A stretch of 64,000 nt of DNA from an uncultured Methylomirabilota bacterium. Its GTDB lineage: Bacteria; Methylomirabilota; Methylomirabilia; Methylomirabilales; 2-02-FULL-66-22. Under the pieces are notes generated by a model. The model had not been told where the DNA came from. It saw nothing but the letters and a program-made list of their open reading frames with translations, and did not search any database. This document shows, piece after piece, positions 62,422 through 64,000 of this stretch; within the stretch, counting starts at the first letter, position 1; each line of letters starts with the position of its first letter. The stretch lies in assembly GCA_963845565.1 (NCBI GenBank), contig CAWJSJ010000005.1, forward strand, positions 544,001 to 608,000. Reading direction: 5' to 3'. The position numbers were made by a program, and so were the translations under genes.

Positions 62422-63435
62422 ATGACGGAGGTCTCGGTGCCCGTGGCAGTCTCGGGGGTCGGCCACTACGTCCCGGAGCGGGTCGTCACGAACGACCATC
62501 TGGCCCCCCTCTTGGGGACCACACCCGATTGGATCGCGGACCGGAGCGGCATCCGCGAACGCCGCTTCGCCGCCCCGGATCAAACCAACGCCGACCTGGC
62601 GCTGCGGGCTGCCCGGCTCGCGCTGGACCGCGCCGGGCTCGCGCCTGACGCCCTGGACATGATCGTGGTCGCCACCCTGAGCCCCGACCACTTCTTCCCC
62701 GGGGTCTCGGCCACTCTGCAGGCCGGCCTGGGGGTCACCCGGCCTATCCCGTCCTTTGATCTCCACGCGCAGTGCGGGGGATTCATCTACGGGCTTGGTG
62801 TGGCTCAGGGCTTGCTCGCCAGCGGGCGGTACGCCCACGTGCTGGTGGTGGGGTCAGAGCGCCAATCGGTCGGCCTGGACTTTTCCCCCCGAGGGCGCGA
62901 CATGAGCATGCTCTTCGGCGATGGGGCCGGAGCGCTGGTCCTCTCCCGGCAGCCTCACGATGACCAACGCCCCTTCGTGGTGGAGCTGTTCGCGGACGGA
63001 CGGTTCGCCCGGGAATTGTGGATGGAGGCCCCCGGCGCCGCGCTCCCCGCCCACCGGCTGACCCCCGAGGACATCCAGGCGGGCCGCTGCTTCCCCGCCA
63101 TGAACGGCAAGAACCTCATCCTCCATGCCGGCCGCAAGATGTCTCAGGCCGCCCACGCGGTCGTGGATCGAGCGGGTCTGACGCTGGGCGAGGTGGACTG
63201 GATCGTCCCGCACCAGGCAAACCTCAACCTCCTCACGGGCCTGGAGCGGGCCCTGGGAGTCCCGGCGGAACGAGTGGTGAAGAATATCGGCCGGGTGGGG
63301 AACACCTCGGCCGCCTCCATCCCCATCGCCCTGTCGGAAGCCATGGCCTCCGGCCAGATCTGCAAGGGGCATCGCGTCCTGCTGCTCGGCTTCGGAAGCG
63401 GATTCACCTGGGGGGGGTGTCTCTTTCAGTACTGA
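62422..63435 (+). CDS. 3-oxoacyl-ACP synthase III (FabH) family protein
   Basis: GIRERR, AQCGGF (Cys), FGDGAGA, PHQAN (His), GNTSAASIP (Asn), GFGSGFTWG. Confidence 0.92.
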   Translation: MTEVSVPVAVSGVGHYVPERVVTNDHLAPLLGTTPDWIADRSGIRERRFAAPDQTNADLALRAARLALDRAGLAPDALDMIVVATLSPDHFFPGVSATLQAGLGVTRPIPSFDLHAQCGGFIYGLGVAQGLLASGRYAHVLVVGSERQSVGLDFSPRGRDMSMLFGDGAGALVLSRQPHDDQRPFVVELFADGRFARELWMEAPGAALPAHRLTPEDIQAGRCFPAMNGKNLILHAGRKMSQAAHAVVDRAGLTLGEVDWIVPHQANLNLLTGLERALGVPAERVVKNIGRVGNTSAASIPIALSEAMASGQICKGHRVLLLGFGSGFTWGGCLFQY

Positions 63436-63554
63436 GGATCTGGGCGGAGGCTCGGACCGGGATCGCGCCGTGGCAGAGCGGAGTGGTGGAGGGCGGCCAG
63501 GCCCTGGGTACCCATCGGTCGCGGCCCCACACGCGATCGCGCGAGGGAGTAGCG

Positions 63555-64000
63555 TTGCTCTTCAATTCCTATCAATTCATCGTGGGGTTTCTCCCACTGG
63601 TGCTCCTCATATTCCTTGTGCTCAACAAGTGGCACGCGCACAGAGCCATCCTCGGCTTTCTGGTGCTGGCCTCCTTGTTCTTTTACGGCTGGTGGAACTG
63701 GGCGTATCTGTTTCTGATTCTCTTCTCCATTCTCTTCAATCATCTCTGGGGGCGCTTGCTCAGTCGGAGGATGCCCGGGCTTCGAGCGGGTGGGCCCCAC
63801 CGGCACCGGGGGACACTGGCCCTGGGGATAGCCGTCAATCTGGGATTGCTGGGCTATTTCAAGTACGCGAATTTTTTCGTCGATACCATGAATGCCACGC
63901 TGGGCGTGGGGTGGCGGGTGCCGCCCATCGTGCTGCCACTGGCCATCTCGTTCTTCACCTTTGAGCAGATCACCTATTTGGTGGATGCCTATCACGGGGA
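63555..64000 (+). CDS. MBOAT family O-acyltransferase (AlgI/DltB-like), truncated by window end
   Basis: My translation: MLFNSYQFIVGFLP...LASLFFYGWWN...NLGLLGYFKYANFF...LPLAISFFTFEQITYLVDAY; not in ORF track. Confidence 0.9.
   Translation, partial: MLFNSYQFIVGFLPLVLLIFLVLNKWHAHRAILGFLVLASLFFYGWWNWAYLFLILFSILFNHLWGRLLSRRMPGLRAGGPHRHRGTLALGIAVNLGLLGYFKYANFFVDTMNATLGVGWRVPPIVLPLAISFFTFEQITYLVDAYHG

Overview
High-GC bacterial chromosomal window that is mostly housekeeping and almost entirely on the + strand. Gene order and style tentatively suggest Methylomirabilota/NC10 or a deltaproteobacteria-like lineage (low confidence). Order: proA-nadD-rsfS-dksA-TPR/Ser-Thr kinase-comF; gap-pgk-tpiA-secG-peptide ABC (binding protein + 2 permeases)-malY/patB; tRNA-Leu(GAG); lipoprotein; REC-HD-GYP and REC; methylmalonyl-CoA mutase large subunit; FG-GAP protein; frameshifted porin; PAP2; a toxin-antitoxin pair; polyprenyl synthase-lepA-lepB; CIRCE-hrcA-grpE-dnaJ-rsmE (no dnaK); REC-histidine kinase; stand-alone 5'-3' exonuclease-coaE; a 3-gene envelope insert; rho-rpmE-prfA-prmC-murA-hisGDCBHAF-(DUF355-like)-hisIE; rpsU-yqeY-mutS2-dnaG-rpoD-tRNA-Ile2(CAT); then an accessory region (TA pair, methyltransferase, ACP-FabH-MBOAT). 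The most striking unexplained structure is a dense population of palindromic elements built from 7- and 8-nt tandem units. There are at least six unit types at about 20 sites. They sit at gene junctions, supply stop codons and C-termini, insert in frame into prmC and hisF, and bracket a TA cassette as direct repeats. Two IS5-like MITEs with target-site duplications also sit at stop codons. Up to five single-base frameshifts (including one in murA) suggest assembly indel errors.
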